From the NCBI GenBank assembly GCA_965116495.1, contig OZ220696.1, positions 800,001 to 864,000 on the forward strand: 64,000 bases of DNA, read 5' to 3'. Positions 26,595 through 35,891 of the stretch are shown one piece after another. The translations under genes and the position numbers were made by a program. The DNA is from Gammaproteobacteria bacterium (GTDB lineage: Bacteria; Pseudomonadota; Gammaproteobacteria; Eutrophobiales; Eutrophobiaceae). The notes under the pieces are model-generated. The model was not told where the DNA came from and did not search any database. It saw only the letters and a program-made list of their open reading frames with translations. How positions within the stretch are numbered: position 1 is the first letter of the stretch; the number at the start of each line of letters is the position of its first letter.

Positions 26595-28864
26595 GCAGGT
26601 GAAAGCTCGATATCCCGTAAATGTGAATCGGACCCACGGGCAATTTCCGTCTCCAACAACGTGCCGCAACCGGGGCAGACAAATTGACGAAGTTCGATAT
26701 TGGCATCAACATAAAGGCCAGGGTCATTCATCATGGATCCGCCGGCAGATAGCGGAAGACAGCGCTGTGCCACGGCGTCCTTATAGTTTTCAGTAATGCC
26801 GCAGATGACGGTATCACACATTCGACAACTCATCTGGATGTCATCTTTATTTTCCCCGTTTGCTTCTGCCGCCGTCCTTAATACGAGGTACTCGGAAACC
26901 CTGAGCCCGTCGCTTTCCTCTATAGCTCTGGGCGGCGGTCTGCCGATCCTTTCTGTACGCATCCGTAAACGGCGGGCCTCCGTCTTTACACTATCCACCC
27001 TGGTATCGTTATCGATTACCACACCGTACATATCAGCTGCCGCCTCACGACTGACATAGCCTAACTCGACATCTTCCTGTACCCGCTCCGGTTCCCGTAG
27101 CAGCGGATCACCATAACCACCCCCGGCGCTGAGCCGGAACTCATGAACATCCGTTGGTCCCTGGCGCAGGTTATTCATCTTCGGTTGCACCGTCGTCAGG
27201 TCTCCATCCAGACTCTCCAGAGAATCGGGAATGACGCCATTCGCAAAGAAGTCGCGTACATTACTGTTGCGTTTTTCTACAATAAGGTTTGCGGCTCCGG
27301 GATAACCCCCAAACAGGCCTCCCGAGGTCGGTGTTGCAAATCCGCACGCCGACACATCGTGCCTGATTTCGTCAGCGCCGTGGGTAACCTGTGCTGCAAC
27401 AGGTCCGACACCCCGTGCCCACCGGCCCGCACCGCCGGAGTCCTGCAATTCTCTTCGATACAGGAACAGAATTGGACGATCCTGTTCTTCGGTTTCCGCG
27501 TCCGGCATACGCGTGCCGTAAGACCAGAGAGTTCCGCCTGTGGGAATGCCGTCATTAAGTGCGAAGCCACCCAGGGCGCCGGCAGGAATCTCCATGTGTA
27601 ACCCGCCCCATGGTTCTCCACGCTGATTGATGCCCGACATCCCGCTGATTGGCGCATTACTGGACCCGCCCGAGGCGCAAATACTTGCACGCTGGCCTGC
27701 ATCACTGATCATCATCTTGCCAAGCACTTGTGCCGCCAGCGAGACTGTCAGCATGATGACAAAATTGGTACTGTTGGCTACTGCTCCGGGAAACTCTGCC
27801 GTACACAGGGATCCGGGTGGCGCATCGAAGTGAATACAGCGTAGCGGTCCGCCCAGCGCGCATTGCAGATCATGCAGCAAGGCGTTGGTTACCGCGTTGA
27901 TTATGCCGGCGCGCCATCCGGCAAAGCTGGAGTTCAGACAGCCAATCTGCTCGTGTGTGCCTTCAGTTTCAAATACCAGGTCTGCGCCTTTCTTGCGCAT
28001 CGTCAGAACCAGCGGGTAGATGCCTCGATCGCCGGGTAACGCCTGTTCAAGGTAACCCCTGGCCCGCCAGGTACCGTCAGGAAGTTTCAACAGGCGGTTG
28101 ACGAATGTCTTCTCGGCATGCTCGATAATCCGACGCATGACGCCCTTGACTACCCCGGCGCCGTATCGGTCGACCAGCTCCAGTATCCGTTTCTGCGCCA
28201 CCAGGTTGCCTGAGACGGCAGCCCGCAGGTCAAGGCCGAGCATACCGGGCAGGCGGGATTGCCGGAGATACATTTCTTCGAGATCCTCGCGCAGACGACC
28301 CTGCTCGACTATCCGGATGGGTGATATACGCACCGGCTCGTGGAAGGAATCCCGCGCTTCCGGGCTCATCCCCCCCGGAGTCACACCGCCGACATCATTC
28401 TGGTGCATGGTATTCACGGTCCAGCAGAAAATCCTGCCGTCAACGAATACTGGAGCAATCAGGGTCACATCCATCTGATGGGTTGCGCCTATCCATGGAT
28501 CATTGGTGAGGAACATATCGCCTTCCCGAATTCCTGGATTCTCAGCCAGGTTTTTCATCACCCACTTGGTGGCCAGGTCGGCAGCAGAGGTAATTATCTG
28601 AACGTAAGGCCCGGCAAATACATATTCGACATCTTCGGTAAGGATGCAGGGGTTGAGATCGCGCCCGTGGGCGACAATCAACGACCCTGAAGTTCGAATC
28701 AACGTAGTGCCGTGTTCGATATTAGTGTTCCACAAATTATTTTTGATGACCTCAAAAGTGACAGGGTCGATCTTCTCCGCAGTCTCGGTATGAAGTTCCA
28801 ACTGATTCACTGGCGGACTGCTTTGCACGTTGTCCTGATCTCTGGTTTCCGAAGTGCTGGTCAT
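26591..28864 (-). CDS. Hydantoinase B/oxoprolinase subunit with C-terminal acetone-carboxylase-gamma-like Zn domain
   Basis: DPVTFEVI, GDMFLTNDPWIGATHQMD, DSGGAG, GGGYGDPL; tail CRMC...ENYK...RQFVCPGCGTLL. Confidence 0.88.
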   Translation of the reverse strand: MTSTSETRDQDNVQSSPPVNQLELHTETAEKIDPVTFEVIKNNLWNTNIEHGTTLIRTSGSLIVAHGRDLNPCILTEDVEYVFAGPYVQIITSAADLATKWVMKNLAENPGIREGDMFLTNDPWIGATHQMDVTLIAPVFVDGRIFCWTVNTMHQNDVGGVTPGGMSPEARDSFHEPVRISPIRIVEQGRLREDLEEMYLRQSRLPGMLGLDLRAAVSGNLVAQKRILELVDRYGAGVVKGVMRRIIEHAEKTFVNRLLKLPDGTWRARGYLEQALPGDRGIYPLVLTMRKKGADLVFETEGTHEQIGCLNSSFAGWRAGIINAVTNALLHDLQCALGGPLRCIHFDAPPGSLCTAEFPGAVANSTNFVIMLTVSLAAQVLGKMMISDAGQRASICASGGSSNAPISGMSGINQRGEPWGGLHMEIPAGALGGFALNDGIPTGGTLWSYGTRMPDAETEEQDRPILFLYRRELQDSGGAGRWARGVGPVAAQVTHGADEIRHDVSACGFATPTSGGLFGGYPGAANLIVEKRNSNVRDFFANGVIPDSLESLDGDLTTVQPKMNNLRQGPTDVHEFRLSAGGGYGDPLLREPERVQEDVELGYVSREAAADMYGVVIDNDTRVDSVKTEARRLRMRTERIGRPPPRAIEESDGLRVSEYLVLRTAAEANGENKDDIQMSCRMCDTVICGITENYKDAVAQRCLPLSAGGSMMNDPGLYVDANIELRQFVCPGCGTLLETEIARGSDSHLRDIELSPA

Positions 28865-28897
28865 TTCGCTTACCTTTGTTTTACGGATGCAAATAGT

Positions 28898-30976
28898 TCA
28901 AACGTGGATGTGCAAATCACCGGATGGAGTTACCTCAAGTGATTGTCCGGGGTGGACCGGTACCGTGGTAACGCCAAGTTCGAGAATCGCCGGTCCCTCG
29001 ATGCGATGTCCCGTTACCAGTCCTTGCCCGGGAAACACCGGCGTTTGTTCGAAGCCGCGAGTAACATTCCAGCACACCGCGCGCTTCGAGGTTCGGGAAT
29101 TCTCTGTTGCGGTGTCGCTGCTGACAGAACCGCGCAATGATTGTCCGGTATTAGTACCCGGCGCTACAGCCTGTACCCGCACGGCAGTGAGTTGCACACC
29201 TGCCTCCCGGTAGGCGGTGCCTGAGCCGAAGATTCGTTCATATATCTCACCGAAACTCAATGGAATTTTTTCTACCGCCTGTTCATTCAGTTCAGCTTCA
29301 AGAGGCACTTCCAGCACGTGGGCTTGCATACCATATTTCAGATCGGCGAAACGCTGACACGTAATACGGGATTCTGCCGCGCCGAATGTCACAAGTCGCC
29401 TGGTTGCCTGCTCTTCAAGCGCCCGCAGTTCGGTCTCAAATTCATCTGCAGGTATGGGCAGGTTCCTCATCAAGGAGCGCTCGACCACAACGGAAAGATC
29501 TGCCGTGGCAGCGCCATATGCAGACCATACCGCAGCCAGACTACCGCGCGGAATCACCACTCGGGATACACCCAGTTCACGTGCGAATGCCGGTGCATGC
29601 AACGGTCCCGCACCACCGTATGCGCAGACCACAAAGTCACGCGGGTCGTATCCGCGGCCTATGGTAACCTGGCGCACCAGGCCTGCCATCTGCGCGTCGA
29701 CTATTCTGACAGCGCCGCACGCAGCTTCTACTACGCTCATACCCAGTCTCGAAGCGACCTCCGCATCGAGTGCGGCTTGGGCGCGTTCAGGTTCCAGTTT
29801 CATCCTGCCGCCGAGGAATTGTTCGGGATCGAGAAATCCGGTAACAACATTGCAGTCTGTGACCGTCGGTTGCGTACCGCCCCTCCCGTAACAGGCGGGT
29901 CCGGGCTCAGCGCCGGCGCTGCTGGGCCCGACGCGTAACGATGTGCCGAGTTCATCTACCCAGACTATACTCCCCCCGCCACTGCCGATTGATTGAAGTT
30001 CTATGGTGGGAACGGAATATTCATATTGATGAATGACACTGATATTTGAACGCAAGGGGTTGCCCTCAACAATCAGCGACACGTCAAACGTCGTTCCGCC
30101 CATGTCGATGGCAATGACATTGTCGCCCAGCGCCGCGCTGGCGATTGTCCCGGCTACGGGTCCGGAACCAAGTAGCCGCACCGGGTTGCGTCCTGCCTCT
30201 TCAGTGGATACGGAACCTCCCGTGCTTTGCAGCACGCTCACCGTGCTTCGATATTTTGCAGCCGTTTCCCGCTCCAGCCTGGTAAAGTAATCCTGAACGG
30301 TGGGGCCGACGTAGGAATTGATCACGCTAGCAACCGTGCGGGCATATTCACCCGTGCGCGGGGCAATCTCGCAGGAAATGGAAATGTATGCGCCCGGGCA
30401 TTCCTCTTCAACGATCTTCCGCAACCTCCGTTCGTGCGATTCGTTGACAAATGACCAGAGCAGGCATATAGCGAACGAAGCAACGCCTGCAGAACCGAGT
30501 TTGCGTATGACCTCCCTGGCTCTTTCCTCGTTCAGTTTGACAACGATGGCGCCGTTGCAGTCAATGCGTTCATCGATCTCGCCGGTCATCTTCTTCGAGA
30601 CCAGGGGCGCGGGTTTCTTCAACAGATGTATATTGGTGATCTGATCCTCAGGCAGACCGGCAATATAGCCCCGGCCCTGCATGATGTGAATGGTGTCCCT
30701 GAATCCACGGGTGGTCAGCAACGCTACCGGCGCCCCCGCGCGTTGCACAACGAGATTTGTCGCAATAGTCGTGCCGTGAACGATTCTATCGATTGTCCGG
30801 TTGGCGTGTCCGTCGAGAGCGGCTTCTTTGAGGACTGCATCGATGCCGTTCAGGAAACAGTCTACCAGGTTCGCGGGTGTGGTCGGAACCTTGGCGCTCC
30901 ACATCCTGCCATTCCCGTCCGATGCAACAACATCGGTGAACGTGCCGCCAATATCAACACCGAGTTCTATTGCCAT
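28898..30976 (-). CDS. Hydantoinase A/oxoprolinase ATP-binding subunit
   Basis: GVDIGGTFTD, HGTTIATN, SGPVAG, DMGGTTFD, SAGAEPGPACY, YGGAGPLH. Confidence 0.92.
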   Translation of the reverse strand: MAIELGVDIGGTFTDVVASDGNGRMWSAKVPTTPANLVDCFLNGIDAVLKEAALDGHANRTIDRIVHGTTIATNLVVQRAGAPVALLTTRGFRDTIHIMQGRGYIAGLPEDQITNIHLLKKPAPLVSKKMTGEIDERIDCNGAIVVKLNEERAREVIRKLGSAGVASFAICLLWSFVNESHERRLRKIVEEECPGAYISISCEIAPRTGEYARTVASVINSYVGPTVQDYFTRLERETAAKYRSTVSVLQSTGGSVSTEEAGRNPVRLLGSGPVAGTIASAALGDNVIAIDMGGTTFDVSLIVEGNPLRSNISVIHQYEYSVPTIELQSIGSGGGSIVWVDELGTSLRVGPSSAGAEPGPACYGRGGTQPTVTDCNVVTGFLDPEQFLGGRMKLEPERAQAALDAEVASRLGMSVVEAACGAVRIVDAQMAGLVRQVTIGRGYDPRDFVVCAYGGAGPLHAPAFARELGVSRVVIPRGSLAAVWSAYGAATADLSVVVERSLMRNLPIPADEFETELRALEEQATRRLVTFGAAESRITCQRFADLKYGMQAHVLEVPLEAELNEQAVEKIPLSFGEIYERIFGSGTAYREAGVQLTAVRVQAVAPGTNTGQSLRGSVSSDTATENSRTSKRAVCWNVTRGFEQTPVFPGQGLVTGHRIEGPAILELGVTTVPVHPGQSLEVTPSGDLHIHV

Positions 30977-31025
30977 GTTTTTGATGAGCACTTCGCCAAT
31001 GTGGACAGAGACATCTGTGCACTCC

Positions 31026-32066
31026 TCATGAGTGGAGCTTCGGTATTACTTCAGCGGCGAAAACCTGCATCGCTGCGCGCTGTATATCCTGGTTCATTCC
31101 AGGCCAGTATAAGCGAGCTATGTAATGGAACTCAATTCCAGCGGCCTCCTGGTATTTCCCTAGTTTTTCCACGACCTCATCCGGTGTGCCTGCCAACGAG
31201 CTGGCGCGCAGCGATTCAGTCCGCTGTGGAGAGGGTGGGGGCGCCTTATCCGGCGGGGCAATGCGCCCGCGTGCGTGCGCGATGTCCGCATACTTCCAGT
31301 AGGTGTAGTGCATATGTTCAGCCAACTGTTCCCAGGCGTTCTGGCGCTTCGACACGAAAGTCGGCAGGAACATGCTCGCGGTGAAACTGCCGGGCGGGCG
31401 ACCTGTGTCTTGCAGACCATCCTGAATCCAGGTCATTTGCCTGCGAAAATATTCAGGGGTAAACGCTTTGTCTAAACTCCCGCTTGAAATGAACCCGTCA
31501 GCGATCCTGCCCGCGCGGCGAACCGCCGGCTTCGCAGTGGCGCCAATCCAGATCGGCAAGCCCCCGGGCCGGGCCGGTTTTGGTCTAACGGAGACTCCCG
31601 GATAACTCAGCGCGTCACCACCGGTAACCACCCCGCCTGACCATGCCTGGCGCAGGATCGTTACCGTGTCCTCCAGCACGCGGGGTCGTTTGCTCAATGG
31701 GACGTGCAGCGCTTCAAATTCTTCCGGACGCCAGCCCTGGCCAAGACCGAGGATAAAGCGGCCGTTCGAGATCAGGTCGACTGTTGCACTGTCTTCCGCC
31801 AAGCGCAACGGTTCATACAGGGGCGCCAGGGCGACTGCCGTCCCGATTTCAATCCGGCTTGTTCGGGCTGCAATTGCCGCACACATAGGCAGTACCGATG
31901 GCAGATAACCATCGTCTACGAAATGGTGTTCCGACACCCATACGGAATCGAAACCGAGGGTTTCCGCTTCGACGGCAAGTTCAATCGCATCCCGGTAGCG
32001 TTCAACTTCACTGCGCCTGTCATCCGCATGGGCCTGGCACGAGATCAGGCCGTAGCCAAACTTCAT
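31026..32066 (-). CDS. Luciferase-like (LLM) flavin-dependent oxidoreductase
   Basis: GFDSVWVSEHH, PLRLAED, GRFILGLGQGWR. Confidence 0.9.
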   Translation of the reverse strand: MKFGYGLISCQAHADDRRSEVERYRDAIELAVEAETLGFDSVWVSEHHFVDDGYLPSVLPMCAAIAARTSRIEIGTAVALAPLYEPLRLAEDSATVDLISNGRFILGLGQGWRPEEFEALHVPLSKRPRVLEDTVTILRQAWSGGVVTGGDALSYPGVSVRPKPARPGGLPIWIGATAKPAVRRAGRIADGFISSGSLDKAFTPEYFRRQMTWIQDGLQDTGRPPGSFTASMFLPTFVSKRQNAWEQLAEHMHYTYWKYADIAHARGRIAPPDKAPPPSPQRTESLRASSLAGTPDEVVEKLGKYQEAAGIEFHYIARLYWPGMNQDIQRAAMQVFAAEVIPKLHS

Positions 32067-32243
32067 GGGTTTGCTCCAATGGCTGCAATCTGTTTATTCA
32101 ATATAAGTATGGAACACGTTGTCCGGCTCGTACCTCAAAGCCAGGTTTTTGAGCTAGAGAAATTTCCTATGACCAAACCAACCGAACTCCGTTAGAATAT
32201 ATCAGCAAACAAAGAATTAACAGCGCTAATCAACAGCCCGGTC

Positions 32244-33116
32244 ATGAGTCATAAACCCAGGAGATTTATTTCCGTTTCTTCGGAAGAGGAAGCACTGTCG
32301 CAACTGAATGCGCACGGTGAGGAGTTACAGGTTCTGGCCGGAGGTACAGACCTGATGGTCCAGCTCCAGCAATCCGGGCAACGGGCACAGGGGTTGTTGC
32401 ATATCGAAAACCTTCCGGGTTTGCGGGACATAGCCGGCAACGGCGAAACAAGTATTGGAGCGCTTTGCACGCATCGCCAGGTTGTGGATTCCTCATTACT
32501 GGACGATTACCGGTCACTGCGCCAGGCCGCCGCGCAGGTCGGGGGCTGGCAGACACAAATGGTGGGCACGATTGGCGGTAATATCTGCAATGCATCTCCG
32601 GCTGCCGATACCCTGCCTCCTTTGCTGGTACACGATGCCAGGATAACTCTCTCCAGCCAGGCGCGGGGGACACGGGTCGTTGCACTGGAAAAGTTTTTGC
32701 TGGGTCGCCGGCGGACAGACAGGCGCCATGATGAGTTGGTGTCAGGAATTACACTTGATAAACCCCTGCAGCGGAGTAGTGACATTTATATAAAAGTCGG
32801 CAGGCGTTCGGCCACGGAAGTAGCCATCGTCGGTCTGGCTGCCCGTGTGGCGCTGGATGAGCAGCACAGGTTCGTTGAAGATGTGCGTCTGGCAATATGC
32901 TCCGTCGGCCCCGTGCCGAAACGCCTGCATGAGCTGGAAACTCTCATCAAGGGTGAGGAGATAAGTGAGGGCCTCCTGGATGAAGCAGGGAACATGTTGC
33001 TTAAACAAATCGAACCTATCGATGATGTCAGGGCATCGAAGAAATATCGTTCATTGGTTGCACCTCGAATTTTGAGACAGGCAATCTCCTGCTGCGTAAA
33101 TAATGTACCGGGGTGA
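32244..33116 (+). CDS. Xanthine dehydrogenase family FAD subunit
   Basis: LAGGTDL, GTIGGNICNASPAAD, PIDDVRAS. Confidence 0.92.
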   Translation: MSHKPRRFISVSSEEEALSQLNAHGEELQVLAGGTDLMVQLQQSGQRAQGLLHIENLPGLRDIAGNGETSIGALCTHRQVVDSSLLDDYRSLRQAAAQVGGWQTQMVGTIGGNICNASPAADTLPPLLVHDARITLSSQARGTRVVALEKFLLGRRRTDRRHDELVSGITLDKPLQRSSDIYIKVGRRSATEVAIVGLAARVALDEQHRFVEDVRLAICSVGPVPKRLHELETLIKGEEISEGLLDEAGNMLLKQIEPIDDVRASKKYRSLVAPRILRQAISCCVNNVPG

Positions 33117-33125
33117 TATGCGGCC

Positions 33126-33593
33126 ATGAAACTGACATTCAGAGTCAATGGACACACGGAACACCTGGACCTGGAAGGTAATGAGACCCTGCTTGACGTC
33201 CTGCGGGACGATTTGAGTTTGACCGGGACCAAGGAAGGTTGCCGGGAAGGCGAATGTGGCGCCTGTACCGTACTGGTCAATGGCCGAGCCGTCGATTCCT
33301 GTATTTATGCGGCAATGGCGGCACATGACGCAGAAATTGAAACTGTTGAAGGATTGGCGCAAAACGGCAAGCTGAATTCCTTACAAACAGCTTTCGCTGA
33401 ACTGGGCGGAGTGCAGTGCGGCTTTTGTACACCTGGATTCCTGATGATGTTAACGGCGTTGTTAAACAAATATCCTAATCCGGACCGGGAACAGGTTCGT
33501 GATGCGCTGTCAGGCAATATCTGCCGTTGCACCGGGTACACACAGATCGAAGAAGCTGTTGCAAGATACCTGGAACAGGGAACAGGCGAATGA
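33126..33593 (+). CDS. Xanthine dehydrogenase family 2x[2Fe-2S] subunit
   Basis: GCREGECGACTV, QCGFCTPG, GNICRCTGY. Confidence 0.95.
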   Translation: MKLTFRVNGHTEHLDLEGNETLLDVLRDDLSLTGTKEGCREGECGACTVLVNGRAVDSCIYAAMAAHDAEIETVEGLAQNGKLNSLQTAFAELGGVQCGFCTPGFLMMLTALLNKYPNPDREQVRDALSGNICRCTGYTQIEEAVARYLEQGTGE

Positions 33594-35887
33594 GTATGCT
33601 GGGTGAAAACCTGGTTCGGACCGATGCCACGGGCAAACTTACCGGTGAGGCCAGGTATACGGTTGATTATGACGGCAAGAATCTGCTCCATGGCGCGCTT
33701 CTGCGATCTCCAGTTCCGGCAGGCCGGTTCAAAACCATCGATACCACCGTCGCAGAGTCAATGGCCGGTGTGAGATGTATTGCCACGGCACGGGATGTTC
33801 CCGATACGCGGGCAGGCTGGGTACTGCGCGAACAGCCTCTGTTTGCCAGGGAGCAGGTACGATATGAAGGCGAACCCATTGCGGGCGTTGTCGCGGACAC
33901 GCCGGAACAGGCGAGAGCAGCTGTAGCCGCCATCGAGCTGGATCTGGTAGAGACGGAAGCTGTTGGCGACATGGAAACCGCGCTGGCGGAAAATGCGCCC
34001 CTTGTGCACCCGGAATGGAAATCCTATCAGCCTGCCAGTGGCGAAGACTACCCGCGCTATGGAAATATTGCCAGCGAACTGGTGGCGGATAACGATGCTG
34101 TTGACGTTGCCTTTGAAAACGCCGACCTCGTCGTGGAAGATGAATTTATCAGCAATCGCCAGTACCAGGCCTATATTGAGCCCAAGAGCGCCGTCGGAAT
34201 TTACCGGGAAGGCCGCTACACCATCCACACGGGTCATCAATTTCCCTTTAATGTCAGGGATCGCGTCGCACAATATCTCGATGTGCGTCCTTCACAGGTC
34301 CGTGTTATCGGACATTCCATCGGTGGCGGCTTCGGCGCAAAGCTGGATACCGGGCTGGAACCCTATGCCGCAATTCTGTCACAGCTGGCAGGGGGGCGAG
34401 CGGTAAAACTGGTCAACAATCGCACCGAAGATTTATTGACCTGCCCCAGCCGTGAAAACGCCGTTATAACAATACGCTCCGCGCTGGACAAGCAGGGAAA
34501 CCTGCTTGGGCGTGAGCTTATCTGTCACATGGATAACGGCGCGTATTCCGGTGAAATGGCATTCATGCCGAGCGTTATCTTCCACCTGGCCGGCTCCGTC
34601 TACAAGGTCGGCAATATCCGCGTCATCGCACGTCTGGTATACACGAACACCGCGCCAACGGGCGCCATGCGCGGGGTCAGTGGGGTTTATTTCTGTGCCA
34701 TGCAGGAACGGCATATGGATAACATTGCCGACAAACTGGGGGTTGACAGGCGCGCATATCGTCTTCAAAACCTGAATAATAGTGGCGATACCTTGTTAAA
34801 CGGGCAGGTACTTGATGATGCTGACTTGCTGCGGAAAGGATTCGAAAAAATGGAACAAGCCGCGCCCTGGACACTGCTGAACAAAAATAAAAAACCCTGG
34901 CACGGTATCGGTATAGCCGCGGGCACCTGGATAACCAATTCCATGCCGGGCTCCGTACAGTTGAAGCTGAATGAAGACGGTACGGTAACAGTAGTCACCG
35001 CCGCCACGGACAATGGATCGGGCGCCGTATCCATGGGTGTCACTCAGATAGTTGCCGAGCACTTTGGTCTATCCGCCGAAGATATCATCGTAACCATGCC
35101 GGATACCGATAGCGCCGGGTTTGATGGCGGTTCACAGGGGAGCCGCACCACCCATATAGTCGGACGCGCTGCAGGTATTGCGGCTGACGAACTGAAACGA
35201 ATGATTTACGACGTGGCCTCCGACCTGCTGGAAGCCGGCAGGGATGACCTTGAGATGGTCAATGGGGAGGTCGGCGTGGTCGGCTACCCGGATTCCCGCA
35301 TACCCCTGGAAAATATTGCCATGGCTGCAACATGGACCCGCGGTCCGTTATCCGCAAACGGAAGTTATACAACCGAGCCCGTCCCATACAATCCCGGTTG
35401 CGCCAGCGGCATGCTGTTTCCCTATTTCCCGACGCCTACATACCATGTTCATCTCGCCGAGGTTGAGGTGAATCCGGTCACCGGAAACGTGCGCGTGGTA
35501 CGTTATATCGTTGTCCAGGAAGTAGGGCGGGTCATTAATCCGACAGGTGTCAGGGGACAAGTACAGGGGGCCGTGGCGCAGGGCATCGGGCATGCACTGT
35601 ATGAGAGTTTACGCATCAGGGACGCCCGCTACCTGGAAAGATCGCTGGAAACCTACCGGCTTCCCCTCGCAGTGGACGTGCCGGAAGTGGAAATCATTAC
35701 CATGGAACACCCTCATGCTCTTGGTCCCTTCGGCGCAAAAGGCGTTGGAGAACCGGCAATCATACTGGCTCCCGCCACCATCGCCTGTGCAGTCAGCGAC
35801 GCGATCGGCAAACCGTTTAACAGGATACCGATCACGCCGGAAGATGTGCTCGAGGCTATTGTGGAGAAGGAAAAGACGTACGCTTGA
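33590..35887 (+). CDS. Xanthine dehydrogenase family molybdopterin subunit
   Basis: IGGGFGAK, AMRG, GSQGSR, GAKGVGEP; start moved to ATG 33590 (ATGA coupling). Confidence 0.92.
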   Translation: MSMLGENLVRTDATGKLTGEARYTVDYDGKNLLHGALLRSPVPAGRFKTIDTTVAESMAGVRCIATARDVPDTRAGWVLREQPLFAREQVRYEGEPIAGVVADTPEQARAAVAAIELDLVETEAVGDMETALAENAPLVHPEWKSYQPASGEDYPRYGNIASELVADNDAVDVAFENADLVVEDEFISNRQYQAYIEPKSAVGIYREGRYTIHTGHQFPFNVRDRVAQYLDVRPSQVRVIGHSIGGGFGAKLDTGLEPYAAILSQLAGGRAVKLVNNRTEDLLTCPSRENAVITIRSALDKQGNLLGRELICHMDNGAYSGEMAFMPSVIFHLAGSVYKVGNIRVIARLVYTNTAPTGAMRGVSGVYFCAMQERHMDNIADKLGVDRRAYRLQNLNNSGDTLLNGQVLDDADLLRKGFEKMEQAAPWTLLNKNKKPWHGIGIAAGTWITNSMPGSVQLKLNEDGTVTVVTAATDNGSGAVSMGVTQIVAEHFGLSAEDIIVTMPDTDSAGFDGGSQGSRTTHIVGRAAGIAADELKRMIYDVASDLLEAGRDDLEMVNGEVGVVGYPDSRIPLENIAMAATWTRGPLSANGSYTTEPVPYNPGCASGMLFPYFPTPTYHVHLAEVEVNPVTGNVRVVRYIVVQEVGRVINPTGVRGQVQGAVAQGIGHALYESLRIRDARYLERSLETYRLPLAVDVPEVEIITMEHPHALGPFGAKGVGEPAIILAPATIACAVSDAIGKPFNRIPITPEDVLEAIVEKEKTYA

Positions 35888-35891
35888 GTGC

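Noticed and set aside
32244-35887. Aerobic CO dehydrogenase (coxMSL order)
   Set aside because: The large subunit lacks the AYxCSFR or AYxGAGR active-site loop; it is a generic Mo hydroxylase.
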